Shown piece by piece: positions 46,273 to 59,858 of a stretch of 64,000 nucleotides of DNA. Made by a program: the position numbers and the translations under genes. The stretch comes from Hydrolagus affinis (Eukaryota). Each line of letters starts with the position of its first letter. The first letter of the stretch is position 1. Under the pieces are notes generated by a model. It was not told the DNA's origin, ran no database searches, and saw nothing but the letters and a program-made list of their open reading frames with translations. The stretch lies in contig JAAILG010001525.1 of assembly GCA_012026655.1 (NCBI GenBank), positions 1-64,000 on the forward strand, given 5' to 3'.

Positions 46273-49059
46273 ATCATTGATTTTAAAAGCTATCCCCCTA
46301 TTTATAAAAGATTAGATCCCATAAGCTTTCTTTTCATCTCTACCCACTTGCCTTCCCCCCTTTATAGATGTCCCTTTCACCATCTGATCCCATTGTTCCA
46401 TGGAACCCACCCAATTGTCTTTCTCATTACAGAAATGAGTCCAAGGTCCTCACATCCAACACCCATTCCAGCTCACCTGTCCAGCTGTGAATTCTCCTCC
46501 GCAGAAGGATACAGGAACACAGCCGAACAAAAGTACGTTGAGAATTTTTAAACACCGTAAAATAACTATCATTATCTAGATACAGCTCATTGTGTTTGAA
46601 ACAGCTGAAACTGCTTGATGTTTCTAGTAAGAAATGAGGCGAATGATGGAGTCGTTTTTATGATCGATTGACTTGCGGTTACAAAGGAGTTTTTTTTTCA
46701 CTTGCTGAGATGAAACAACCTGAGGAGATTGTCAGCTGCAGAACACATCACCACCATTTCTTAAAACAAAATAAAATTGCTCATGAAAATTGATCTTTTC
46801 TTGGCCATTTGTGGGACATTGATGTGCTCAAATTGGCTACTGCGTTACCCCATAAAGCACATGGTCGCTGCACTCTACAATATATCCTGTGAAGCATTTA
46901 GGACATCATCCCAATGTGAAAGGTACAATACCAAATGTAAATTATTCTTATTATTAAAATATGCTTTGTTTGTGGAACATTCCCAAGATCGTTCAGATGA
47001 AGAAGGCCCTTCAGCCATCCGACCTATCCCACCAGATCACTGCTTTGCTGCCATCCATCACAGCACTCGGCTGCTTTTTAAATGAATCCCAGTATCCTGG
47101 CCTCAATCACCCTTCTTTGACAACCTGTTTCAGTCGTTAATTACAAGAACAACAACTTGCATTTATCTAACGTCCTTCACGGGGGGATAGCGTCCCAATG
47201 CGCTTTACCTTAATTACCCTTCAGCTAAAGTAAATCCTTCTGATGTCTGTGTTGAAGAAGCCCTTCACTGAGCTGAACCTGATCTCACTGTCAAGGATCA
47301 CACCTCAATGGCCACCCAGAGGGGTAGATGTGGACGACCGACGCTTGTGGAACCGCACCCTACAACAACAACAAAACTACACGTGTATAGTGCCTTTCGC
47401 ATCAGGAGGACGTCCCAATGCACCCTAGTGAGTGGAGGGAGGAATAGGAGGAGACAGGAGGGTGTCATTGGGGAGAAAATTGGAAAATAAATGCAAGCAC
47501 TATTGGCTTTCTTAAACAAAATCTAGGCTGAGTGATGTTATCTGATCAGCAATTCAGTGTGTGATTGGTTTGGGAGGCAATTGTGCAATGGTACTTTGCC
47601 CTGTAGCCTGCAAGGTGATGGAGAGGACAGTGTGAGAGAGAGAGAAATGCAGGCAGGTGCAACTAACAGACCAAGGATCGTTACTGATGGAGCCACTCGC
47701 AGATCGAGATTGAAACCAGCTTCAAGGCGGATGCCAAAAACCATCAGAAAAATCATTTATCTCCCCTTCCTTCCCACTCTCACACCCATCCACCACCAAA
47801 AAAAAAAGCCCTCTTAAGGTTCCAAGTGTTAATTTGATGCTGCAAAGATTCGAGTTATTCCAACATTCGAGCAACTGTGCCCGCTTTGGACGAGGGATTG
47901 AACTATGCATTTCACGAACACTTGAGTTTGTGGCTTGGAACAAATCACACTGTTTAAGAGGCTATTTCACCAGTGCTCTCACTTCAATCCCCATTTCCAA
48001 CGGAAGAGTTCCAGGACACATAGTTTTGTCACATCCACCTCCGTTCCACGGTGAAATGAATTCACATCATCGCTTGAGTGCATCTGGACTTCAGGCACTT
48101 AAGAATTCACTGGAAAATAAGGCATTATTACAAAGGACTTCAAACTGAGTCCCAGAAGTGACAGTACTCCAGCGCACTGTGCCACGCCTACAAACTTTGA
48201 GTACTAACGACATTCATCGGTGTTCGGGCAAAAGAAAGCAAGATGTTTCAATAACTGGTCTGAAGATGGGATCTTGGTAAAGTTCACACAAACCTGAAGC
48301 AACCTGAAATGTAAACGAGGAGCTTATCATTCTAGGAGTCTTCTTATCATGACTTCTCACGTCTCTTCCATTGCTGGCCTTGCCTCTTTCATCCCAAACA
48401 TTTCCTTTTCCTTCAATAATTTGCAACTCTCTATAAAGCTCAACTTTGACCAAGGCTTGAATAATGCCCCCAAATGGGTGGTTGGGTGGTGGGGGGGGCG
48501 GTGGGAAGGGGTAGGGGGGATATATTACATCTCTCAAGAACACCTGGACAGGAGACTAGGGAAAGGTCAGGGACAGAGCTAGCATACCATTACTTTCAAT
48601 TCTTTTTGTTCGCAAACATTTTTCTATTTCAACTTTTTTCCACCTCCATCACTGCAACACTGCCCCAGTCCTGCACTGGAGCCTCAGCCCAGACTGTGAG
48701 ATCAAAGTCCCAAAGTGGATTTTAACACACACATCCTGACTCAGAGGCTAGAGTGCTACCAACTGAGCCAGGCTGACACCTCAGAATTGGATTATCTGCA
48801 GAACTCCCTCCTTCCGAACCATCAGCCTCATTATAGAGCCCATTTGCTGTACAGTATGTTGCTTTGTGCAATTGGCTACCACATTTTCAACCACAAAAAA
48901 ACAGTCAGCTCACTTTACAGTATATTCTGTGAAGCGCTTTGAGACATCTCCACAATGTGATAAGGCCCTATATCAAATGCAAGGATTGTTATTCTTATCA
49001 TTATTTTTCACTGGCTCTTCAGAGCCCCCTCCCTCCCCACCTCCCACCACCTGAACATT

Positions 49060-49440
49060 GGAGTCCTGTAGCTCAGTAGTTAGAGCACTCGCCTTACAAG
49101 CGAGAGACCTGGGTTCAATTCCAGGCAGAGCAAAACCTTGGGCAAGTTACCTTATTCCACACGCCTAATAATAATCCCTCAAAAAAATAAAATTGGTTAT
49201 TTCAATCCACGACTGTTTGGGGGACACTGCTGTGCACAATTGGTTGCTCCATTTCTCCCACAAATATACAGTCAATTCACTTTACAGCACCTTGTGATGT
49301 CCTCCTGACATAGAAGGCGCTATACAAGCGTAATTTTGTTGTTTTGTTGTTGTTGTTTGCAGTACATTCTGTGAAGCGCTTTGAGATGTCCAGAAGACGT
49401 GGAAAGCGCTTTATCAAATGCAAGGATTATTGATATTATT
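49060..49440 (+). mobile_element. tRNA(Val-like)-derived SINE, full length, with a nested L2 tail at ~49285-49359
   Basis: Head GGAGTCCTGTAGCTCAGTAGTTAGAGCACTCGCCTTACAAGCGAGAGACCTGGGTTCAATTCC; the body is interrupted by CAGCACCTTGTGATGTCCTCCTGAC...(TTG)n. Confidence 0.88.
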
Positions 49441-50705
49441 GACTGCCCCCACTGTCTGTGCCTGCTGCAGGAAATGAGCAACATGCATTAAGGAGAGAGT
49501 AAGATTAGACACATCAGAAAGAACATGAGGAAGAAGCCATTGTAACAGCCGCTAGATCACCATCACAACATCAATCACGGGTTCAGAGGAAAGCGCGTAC
49601 GCTCTACACGGCAGAAAAAAATTCAAAAGGTGGGAAGCCTTTCCTGACCTACATCTTGGTCTGATGATTTCAACAAAATGCACTTTGCATTGTAACCATT
49701 TGATCAGATTCATTCCCCAAATTTCATCGGTATTGAATAATGAATAAATAAATCAGTCAATCAATGGTCTCTTGTCTCTAACTATCGTTATTAATAACGA
49801 TAATAAAAATAATGATCCTTGCACTTGATACAGCGCCTTATCATGAATTCTAGACGTCTCAATGTGCTTCTCAGAATATACTGAGAAGTATATTTTGTGG
49901 GCGAAACGCAGCAGCCAATTGCACATAGCAGTGTCCCACAAACAGTTGTGGACTGAATGACCAAATTAGTATTACTATTTTTTATTTCTGGTGTCTTTTT
50001 TTTCTTCTTCCTTGAGGGTTAGGAATCAGACCCCGTGTGATGGTGCGTTTCCTTGATCCGACTGTCAAATTGCTTTGTTGCAGTTTGGATTCCGACAGAG
50101 CTAGTGAGCTGCATCTTCACTTAACCTTCCCCGCCATGTTGCACATCACAGCCCAGGACAGCTGTTTCAGTAAGAAGGTGTCATGTAAACAGGACGTACA
50201 TTGGAATCTGATCAGAGAGATGGTCAACGGAGCGAGAAAAGTGCCTCAAATCCAAAATAGAAAGAGCTGCCGTGATCTTATAAAACAGTGGAAGAGTGAT
50301 AGGTCTCTTTCTGATTTATTAAGTGTGCGTCAGGCTGCCTTAGTCGGCAGCACGCGCTCCTCCCTCTGAATCAGGCTGTGGTTGTGGGTTGTGGGTTTAA
50401 GCCCCACAACGCAATTATGAACTCACAGTCTAGGATGTTGCTCTGGTGAGGTGCGTTGCTAAGGGGGTGCATTGTCGGAAGTGCCGTCCTTTGGGTGAGA
50501 TATTAATCTGGGGCGCGTTGGGATGTCCTCCCGATGTGAAAGCTACTGAAATGTAATTTTGCTGCCGTCGTTGTTGTCGTTTACCTGTTGAGATGGATGT
50601 TAAAGATCCCTTGGCACAATTTGAAAAGAGAAGGAGTTTCTCCTGGTGTCCTGGCAGATAATCCGCCAGATAATATTGGTCACTCGCTTCATCCACTTCA
50701 TGTTT

Positions 50706-51001
50706 TAATAATAATCCTTGCATTTTATATCGTGTTTTTCATGTCTTCTGGATATCTCAAAGCGCTTCACAGAATATACTGTAAAGTGAATTGACTGTTT
50801 ATATGTGGGCAAAATGTGGCAGCGAATTACTCACAGCTCACAAACAATCGTGGATTGAAATGACCAAATTATTATTCTTTTTTCTTGACAGATTATTTTT
50901 AGGTGTGTGGAGTAAGGAAACTTGCCCAAGGTTTTCTCCCTGCCTGGAGTTGTTCTCTCTTGTAAGGCCAGGGCTCCAACCACTGAGCTATACCAGAGTC
51001 C
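50706..51001 (-). mobile_element. tRNA-derived SINE inserted next to an older DeuSINE-type element (50330-50700, +)
   Basis: Family consensus in reverse, directly abutting the core of the older SINE. Confidence 0.8.
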
Positions 51002-52904
51002 ACCTTTGAAGGTTAAATTGAGGTTGAAGGCAGGCGATATTCCAGAGACGGTCAATGTTTGGACGGAAGATTGGATAGGGAGCTGAAGGTTGAACAAAGC
51101 ATCACGACTTGCATTGATTCAGTGGGTTTGGACACTTAGCCATGATGCAGCTTTCTCAGTTTATCCCTGACACCGGACTCTTAGCATGGAATGGTCTGAG
51201 ACAAAAACAACTTGCATTTATATTAGCGCCCCCTGAAACAGGGTAGAGTCCCAGAGCGTAAAACTGAGAATAAGTGAAAATAGACAGAACAACTGAATAA
51301 ACCAGGTGAGAGCTAAATGGTAACTTCTGCAAGGAAACTTCACCTTAATATCATCCTTTATGGTCATTACGATGAACACCTAATGCTTCAGGCTGCCTTC
51401 CATCGATTAATAAAGATTAATTGCATTTTATGTGACAATGTGGCATCTAAGTGCCATTTATGAATATCTTTCTCAGGCGATCATGAAGCAGGAAATGTAG
51501 CATATCATCACCTAATTAACAATCTTGTCCTCTTGTAAAAAAAAATGAGAATAAGTAAAAATAGACACGGGAACAGATAACAAAAGTGAAAGATCAGTTT
51601 CTAAGCGTCCGTAAAACGTCCGACTGCTCAACAGAAGTGAGACGTGTTGGCTGTTTCTTAAACTCGGGTGTCACAGGATGAATGAACCTTTTAGCCAGGC
51701 ACACAGAAGGCACCTCGATCGTGCGTTTGAAAAGAAAAAGTAGTTTCCGCCGGTGTCCTGGCCAGCAATCTATCAGATAAAATTAGTGGTTCACTTCATG
51801 GCTGAATGTGGGACGCTGCTGTGTGCAAATTGGCTGCTGCGTTTGCCTGCAAATTTACAATCGCTACACTTCACAGATAAAGAGACACAGAGAGAGAGAG
51901 AGAGATATACACAAAGAAAGAAACGGAATGAGTCACAGAGAGAGAGAGAAAGAGAAAGGGAAGAGGCAAGAATCAAAGAGAAAAAGAGCATGGCAGACAG
52001 GCAGAAAGAGATTGAGAGAGAGAAAGACAGAATTATACTCAGACCTGAAATTCACACTGTTTTCAAAAACAGAATGAGGCCAGTCCCAATAAATACTGAT
52101 ATTGCAACTCTAAATGGTGATGAAATCCGTTTACTGACTGGAGGACACTAGACATAATCCCCTCCGGATTAGGTAACTTTGCGGAAAAGGCAAAGTCAAG
52201 CAGCAATTGCCCTTCAATATGTCTTAGTTAGAACATCACAGTGACAGGTCAGTCTTTTATCTGAAGTTGGCCTTCATTTCTTTCATTTCTTCCACTGTTC
52301 ACTTTTCAGCCCACCTAAAGACGTGGATTCTGAGAGGAGGAGGATCAGACATCACAAGATCACAAGAGAGTTTCGGATGATGAAGGGTCCATTTGATTAC
52401 CGTCCTCCCACCACAGCATCGACTCGTGTTTTAAATGAATCTCGGGTGTCCTGGCCTCAACCACCCACTCCATATGGACATGCAATTTCCTTGCATGAAT
52501 CTATACAGATTTTTTTTTCTCACAGTCAGCAAGCCAGGTACATGCTCTGTTGAAATATTTGTAAGTTCTTGGCTTCCTCTTCTGATCCCTCCAGCAGCTC
52601 CCTCTGCCTTTGGTGTCACCTGCAACTGTGCCCTGCATTTGCACAGTTGACTGCAGCAAACTCCCTCCGTCTCAGATCACTCACGTGCTGAGTAACGTGG
52701 ATGTCGCAGGGGCCATCCTTCAAACTCCAGCTAACAGAACATAACAATTGGCTGCTGCGTTTCGCCCTCAAAGTATATATACCACTTTGTATTGTATTCT
52801 GTGGAGCGCTTTGAGCTCCTATAAGACACGATAAGGTGCTACATCAAAGGCAAGAATTGAGACAGCAAGGTACACACCCCTTCACTTATCAAAAGGGTCT
52901 TTAA

Positions 52905-53235
52905 CATAAGAATATAAGAATAAGGAGTAGGCCAAACAGCCCCTCGAGCCTGCCCCGCCATTCAATAAAATCATGGTTAATCTTCTAATCTAACTCCACC
53001 TTCCCATCCTTCATCCAACCATCCATAAGAAATCTAGCAATTGCAGTCTTGAATATGTTCAAGGACTGAGCATCTACAGCCTTTTTGGGGTAGAGAATTC
53101 CATAAATTCACTAACCATTGAGTGAAGAAGTTTTCCTCAACTCAGTGCAAAAAGGCTGACCCCTAATCATAAAACTATGACACCTATTTATACTTTCTCC
53201 AACCAGGGGAAACAGTGTCCCACTGTCTACTCTAC
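52905..53235 (-). mobile_element. CR1 LINE 3' fragment
   Basis: AACATAAGAA tail repeats, GCCTGCCCCGCCATTCAAT 3' UTR and reverse FFTQ...WNSLP. Same family as 56920-57484. Confidence 0.85.
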
Positions 53236-56104
53236 CCTAAACAGGCAGGTGAGACCTCAGCTTAATGTCTTATCCAAAGCACCCACAACACCACAGGGGT
53301 GGCTTACCCAGTAATGTATTTGAGTGTCCGCTGGGTGGGTGGGTGAGTTGGGGAGAGGAGAAGAGGAAATGGTTTAATGGGAAAATTCCTCCCTGATCCC
53401 TGAGAGCAGTCAAGCCAGGTCAAGGCATGGTCTTGGCCAACGCCAACACAAGAGCGTTGGTTAACACGTAGGAAAGCGGCGTGTTCAAGAGTTAACACCA
53501 CAGTGGGAAATGGGATAACAGCTTCACGGCAAACAAGCTGGTTTTCAGCAGAAGGAGCGAAACTCCCGGAGCGCTCAGCGGTGTTGTACGCTGCGCACGC
53601 CTCCTTTAATTCAGCAGCAGAACCCAATTTTGCATAAAATGCTGTGTACACCCAATAAATTGGCTTTTGCTCTAAATATGGCAAAGTGTTTGCTGCCAAG
53701 TGCTATTGACGGCTGCACAAAAGCTTAGCAATTAAAACAAAACCGTGAGCACGGGTGGCAGATAACACACTTCAGCATTAAAGCAAACAGTCCAAGTGTA
53801 CTTTTCAAGGTTGGGTTAAACACTGGTCTTTGCATAATTAAAACCTCTTGTGGAATGTTATTTTTTCAAAAAGCTTTTTGTCTACTTTGGTGCCGGGCTT
53901 CACCAGCGATATCACGTAGCCAATTTTCATTGAAGACACCGTATGCTTCCTCCACCTCTCCCTCTATCCCTCCCCACTTTCGAAGCCGACTTTCTACCTT
54001 ATCTGCACAATTGGCTGCCTCGTTCTGCCCACACAGATGCAGTCAATTCACTTTACAGTATATTCTCTGAAGCGCTTTAAGACGTCTAGAAGACGTGAAA
54101 AGCGCTATGGGGAATGCAAGGATTATTATGATTGTTATTATTTGTTTTACTTGCTTTCAGCATCTTTCTCCCCTCTTCCCTCCTCCCCATCCATCACCAC
54201 AACTACCACATCGTCAGGTTAACACCAGGGGCAAAGAACAAAGGCCAGTACAATGCCAGCTTCACCCAAATCCTGAGACAGAATAGAAGTAAACACAGCA
54301 CCAACAAATAGTTAAACTTCGAACAGCAGCACTCTCCCACCACACCAGTGTAACTGTTTCCTGTATCAGACATCCATATGGTCTAGTTGATGAACTTGCC
54401 AATTGAGTGCAGATTAACACTAAATTATGGACTGTTTTGTCCTGGGGAATCGCAGCCAAGTAGGATTTAGACTCAGGCCATCCAATCTTCCAAACCTCAT
54501 GGTTAGCAGGGGGCAAGATTACCTCTTTGGATTCAAACCAGGTTCTAACTCATGCTACTATAGTCAATAGCTTCAATTACGACGGGGAGGATGAGCAGGA
54601 AAATAGCCCCATGAGTAGAAACTCTAAATATTGTAGTCTCACGGAATCTAGGTGATGATAAATCTAATCCTTTTACTTGATTTACATCGGGAGGAAGTCT
54701 CAATCCTTAATAGGAATTTGCTGCAAAGTGTAGTGACTGTGTAATTTGAGGCGAACGAGGCAGTCAACTTGCACACAACAACGTTCCCATAAAGAGCTAT
54801 TTTAAACAAATGACCGATTCTATCTGGGGGATTGTTGGCTATTCTGAAGTGCAGAGACACACACCCTTTCTGAGGAGGTTTCATTACGTATCTGGCTTTG
54901 GATTATATCGAAATCCACGGCGTAAATAGTCTTCCTGTGCCAGACTTTGCTTTGCAAACGGAAAGATGAACAATAAATGATTCCCTTCGATCGAAAGGCG
55001 GAACCTTTGCCAGAAGGGATTCGAAATTGGTCACTTCATACAGGCTCGTGATGATTGATAACTGGCGTCAAAAAAGAAATGGAATGATGCATCTAAATTA
55101 GAAATAATATAACCCTCTGCAAGGCTGTGAGGTGTTCAATATATGACAATTTATTGTTCAGTGGCTTCAATTAACAGAGCCTCGCTTCAGACCTATAGCA
55201 CTGGCACACAGAAATCAGATACTAATCAAATCTGCTGTGTCTCTCCATTATGAAAAGGCGGCTGATGTTTCGATATAATTTAGTCAACAATGAATATCGA
55301 CAGACAGCAGTCGTCACATTGACGTCACATCACCAGGTGCAGCTGCCTTGTGTCACTGCTTAATTACCGTTCGTTGCACAAGTTGGCCATTGTGTTTGCC
55401 TGCAAAATACACAGTCACTACACTGCAAAGCTTGGCGTAAAGTGAATCCCGCGAAGCGCTTTGAGATGTTCTACCTGCACGAAAGGAGCTCTGCCAAATT
55501 GTTATTGCTCTAATTCAGATCCGGGTACTCTGAAATCAGTATGTGTCTGAAAAAAAAATCACTGGTTTACAGAATTGTTTGCGCAGGTGCATATTTGCAA
55601 CGTGTGTGTATTCGAGTCTGCATCTGTGTGTGCATTCAAATCTGCGTGTGTGTAAGTGCGTCTGCATTATGATGGAGTCTGCATTATGTTATGTTTATGA
55701 GGAAGAAGGGAATAGAGAGATATAGAAGAGGGATGAGAGAGAGTGTAAGGGTCAGGGGAATAGAGGGGTATTAGCTCATTTAGAGGATGAATTTATTAGT
55801 TGGGACAAATGGCCTGTTTCCTTGCTCCGGCATTCCATTAGACTCCGTGTGCACAAAGCGAAATCACACGCAAATTTATCCCCTTCTTAATCTCTTAACT
55901 TGCTTGCATTCCAAGATGTTATAGCTCCAGCTAAGTCAATAAAGGGTGAATAATTACCGAGCAATTGATTTTATGACTTAAAATCATAATTGCTGCGTTT
56001 CTTCTATTATTCACTTAAAGTGAGACACCAGATAAAATCGGGGGGTTATGAGCAATGTGAATGTCAATTTCGTTCTTCCTGCTGATCGTAATGGTATAAT
56101 AAAC

Positions 56105-56440
56105 AATAACAATAAGACTTGCATTTGATATAGATCTTTATCACGGTCTTCGAGACGTCTCAAACTGCTTCAAAGAGTATACTGTAAAGTCAATTGACTG
56201 TATATTTTCTGTGCGAAACATAACAGCAAATTGTGCATGCAGTCACAGATTGAAGTGACCAATGTTTTTTGTTTTGCAGGAATTATTAAAGCGATCCGCC
56301 AATCGACTAACAACCGAGTTCCTACTTACCACGACGTAAACAGAGGCGTGTGGAATAAAGGAACATTTCGCCTGCTAGGAATTGAACCCAGGTCGCTCAC
56401 TTGTGAGGCGAGTGCTCTAACCACTGAGCTACAGGACTCC
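56105..56440 (-). mobile_element. tRNA-derived SINE, long variant
   Basis: Head ...GGCGAGTGCTCTAACCACTGAGCTACAGGACTCC with extra segment GATCCGCCAATCGACTAACAACCGAGTTCCTACTTACC. Confidence 0.8.
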
Positions 56441-56919
56441 ACATATCTCTCCAGGACCTTGAAGAGCTACACATTACGAGTGTGATAGTGTAACGTGGAG
56501 TTTATCAGCTTAGCTGGCTTAGTGGGGCGCACACTCGACTTCGTGAGTTAGAAGATTGTGGTTCCGAGCCCTACATAGAGATTTCAATCTTAAAGTGTAC
56601 ACTGACACTCTAACATAGGGCTGAGCAAGCTGCACTATCAGAAATGATATCCCTCTTCTGATGCATTAATCATAATTAAAAATAATAATCATAATAATCC
56701 TTGCATTTGATGTAGCACATTATCATGTCATCGAGATGTCTCAAAGTGCTTCCCAGAACATATTCTAAAGTGAAATGACAATGTGTTTTGGGGTGAAACG
56801 TGGCAGGCACTAGGGCACAGCTGTGTCCCACAAACAGTTGTGGATTGACTAACCACTTTTTTGAGCAGAGGGATTATTACTCCCCGGAAAGTGATTTGCC
56901 AATCAACAAACAGGAGTTT

Positions 56920-57484
56920 TTAGGAACAGGAATAGGCCATTTGGCCCCTCAAGCCTGCCCCGCCATTCAATCATGGCTGATATTCCATTCTAACTCCAGC
57001 TACCTCCCTTATCCCCATACCCCTTAATCCCTTTATGAATGAGAAATCTATCTATCTCAGTTCAAGGATTGAGCATCAACAGCCCTTTGGGGGTAAGGAA
57101 TTCCATACATTCACTACCCTCTGAGTGAAGAAGTTTTTTCTCAACTCAGTGCGAAAGGGCTGACTTCTAACTTTAAGTCTGTGATCCCTGGTTTTAGTTT
57201 CTCCAACCAGGGGAAACAGTCTTCCACTATCTACTTTGTCGTGCCCCTTAATAATCTTATAGATTTCTATAAAATCCCCTCTAATTCTTCTATATTCCAG
57301 AGAATATAGGCCCAAATTAGTCAACCTATCATCATAACTCATCCCCCTCATTCCAGGTATTAACCTAGTAAACCTACACTGCACTCCCTCCAAGGCAAGT
57401 ACATCCTTCCTTAAATAAGGAGACCAAAACTGCACACAGTATTCCAGATGTGGTCTCACCAGGGCCCTATACAGCTGCAGCAAG
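56920..57484 (-). mobile_element. CR1 LINE 3' fragment, relatively young
   Basis: ILLQLYRALVRPHLEYCVQFWSPYLRKDVLALEGVQCRFTRLIPGM...LGLYSLEYRRIRGD...[17 protein letters not shown] is uninterrupted. Confidence 0.93.
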
Positions 57485-58079
57485 ATGGATGTTAAAGATC
57501 CTGCAGTGTTATTCGAAAAGAGAAGGGAGTTTCTCTCTCCCGGTGTCCTGGCCAAAAATCCTCCAAATAAAATTGGTCACTCGCTCTATGGCTGTTTATG
57601 GGACATTGGTGTGAGCAACTGGCTGCTGTGGTCTACTGTAGATACACTCACTGCACTTTACTGAAAGTCCTGAAAGCACTTTGAAAACCTTAAACGATAC
57701 CAAAGGCAAAGTGCATTATCATTAATTTTTTTTAATCAAACTGGTCACTTGCTTGCAGTGGTATACAAAATTATATTGTTGTTGTATTATAAAATATACA
57801 AATTACATTTGTATAGCGCCTTTCACGACAGTAGGACGTCCCAAAACAGCTGCCATAGTGCACACATAACAACAATTACTGTGAAGAGCTTCGCAAGCAA
57901 TCAGCCTGAGACTAAAAAATCTGAATATCAATTTGACTTATATTTACCCAACGCGTTTCACTTTGGGGCGATGTATTAAAGCGCTTCACAGTGCTGGCTT
58001 GGTGGGGTGGGTGGAGAAGAGAGAAAAGGTGACCTAAAGCACGATCAAAGAGGTGTATGGAGGTTTCGAGATGTGCCTT

Positions 58080-58130
58080 GATGGATGGATGGGAGGGAGG
58101 GAGGGAGGGAGGGAGGGAGGGAGGGAGGGA
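58080..58130. repeat. (GGAT)n/(GGGA)n microsatellite within a reverse L2-like 3' UTR remnant
   Basis: GATGGATGGATGGGAGGGAGGGAGGG... directly visible. Confidence 0.8.
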
Positions 58131-58795
58131 GCAGGTGGGTGAGTGAGATGGACAGACTCGACTCCGGGTTGGAGTCATAACACAAATCGATGGCAGCCCG
58201 TTGAGAGCTTTTAAATAACATGCTGTTGATTAGATCACATGTAGTTTTGCTCCCGACAGTATCTGCAGGAACAGAATTCAATCGGTACCTCTGCTTAACA
58301 TGCACCATGTGCAATTCCTCACGAGTTTCAGCCCCGGTCCCTTGCTAAATGGCTTGATTCCTGCCCGTGCCGTTTCCACAGCAACCAGACTTTCCTTTAT
58401 TAAATGCGTTTTAGCCGAGCGAGATCTATGATACTTTGCCGACGCGCCGACATATTTGTTAAAATGCACAAAACATAAAGTTGCTCCCATCGCAGGGCGG
58501 AGCAAGACTTCTCTGTGTCTCGCGGACTCCTCCTTGTCACTGATTTACAAAAGGACACGGAAGAGAAACCAAGAGATTTTACTGACCGTGTGTAAACGTT
58601 CAAATAACTGCTGCGTTAAATAAGTAGGGACAATAACAGATTAAGAAGTTAAGCCGTTACCTGCCGTTGCACAGCAGCTCTCTTTAGACAGACAGGTGTC
58701 AGCACTCGAGCCCAATATCTGCACTCATTGGAACCAACTTTATTGCACAAATGTAAACAGCAGATTATGAGACTCTGTTTGTGAAAGCATCACTC

Positions 58796-58796
<1 letters not shown>

Positions 58797-58831
<35 letters not shown>

Positions 58832-58852
58832 TGAGAGTCTCTCTCTCTCTCT
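58797..58852. repeat. (GT)n and (CT)n microsatellite
   Basis: Directly visible. Confidence 0.9.
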
Positions 58853-59569
58853 GTCTACATGTGAGTGAATGTCTCTATGTCCTTTGTCCACAAAATATAC
58901 AGTCATATTCTGTGAAGCGCTTTGAGATGTCTCGAACACACGATAAGGCGTTACATCAAACATGCAAGAATTATTACTATTACTATTGTATTCACTCTGT
59001 TGTGTGCGTGTGTGTGTAGGTATGTGTGTGGTGTGTGTGTGTGTGTGTGGCGTGTGCATCTCTGTTTCTGACTGTTGCTCTGCCAGCCTTCTGTCGAGTA
59101 AATACAGAAACCCATCACCGTGCTTAAGAGTATCCAAACCAGGCTGACAGTTCTACGTATGTATGTCTACACAGTACATTGGAAATTTCTCTGTGTGTAG
59201 AACTGAATGCACATTCTCTCCCTAGAGAACACTCATAAAATTCCAGAGAGTACTGGACACTGGTTGGAAGACAAAGGCCTGAAGTAGCTGGAATGATTGA
59301 TCCACCTAGTAACTACTGGCATTTAACCAGATAAAATCACGTAATTTGCCACTGAAAGCTCAGTCTATCAAGCTTCCCACTGCTTGTCCAGCGAGGACTA
59401 CCCCATTGAATAAGACCCTACATGCAGGATTAAGAAGAAATGAGTGGGAAGAATCCCAACTCAGTCTTAAAAGATTTCAACCCAGATATTATGGCGATGG
59501 TGAATAAAGCTGGTTTCACACATGGACACATTTTGCTTCTTAATTGAACTCGACTGTTAACATTCATAC

Positions 59570-59858
59570 AATAAGAATCCTTGCATTTGATGCAGAGTTT
59601 TTCACATCTTCTAGGCGTCTCAAAGTGCTTCACAGCATAGACTGTATATATGTGGACGAAACACGGCAGCCAATTGCGCACAATAAATGCCCTGCAAACA
59701 GTCGTGGATTGAAATGTGCAAATTATCCTTTTTTTCTGAGGGATTATTATCAGGCGTGTGGAGTAAGGAAACATGTCCAAGGTTTCGCCCTGCCAGGAAT
59801 CGAACCCAGGTCTCTTGCTTGTAAGGTGGGTGCTCTAACCACTGAGCTACAGGACTCC
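59570..59858 (-). mobile_element. tRNA-derived SINE, full length
   Basis: Family consensus ending CCAGGAATCGAACCCAGGTCTCTTGCTTGTAAGGTGGGTGCTCTAACCACTGAGCTACAGGACTCC. Confidence 0.88.

Noticed and set aside
49060-49135. tRNA-Val(TAC)-like sequence, also at ~6894, 19935, 40975, 56375 and 59790
   Set aside because: There is no paired acceptor stem, and each copy continues into the SINE body. They are SINE heads, not tRNA genes.
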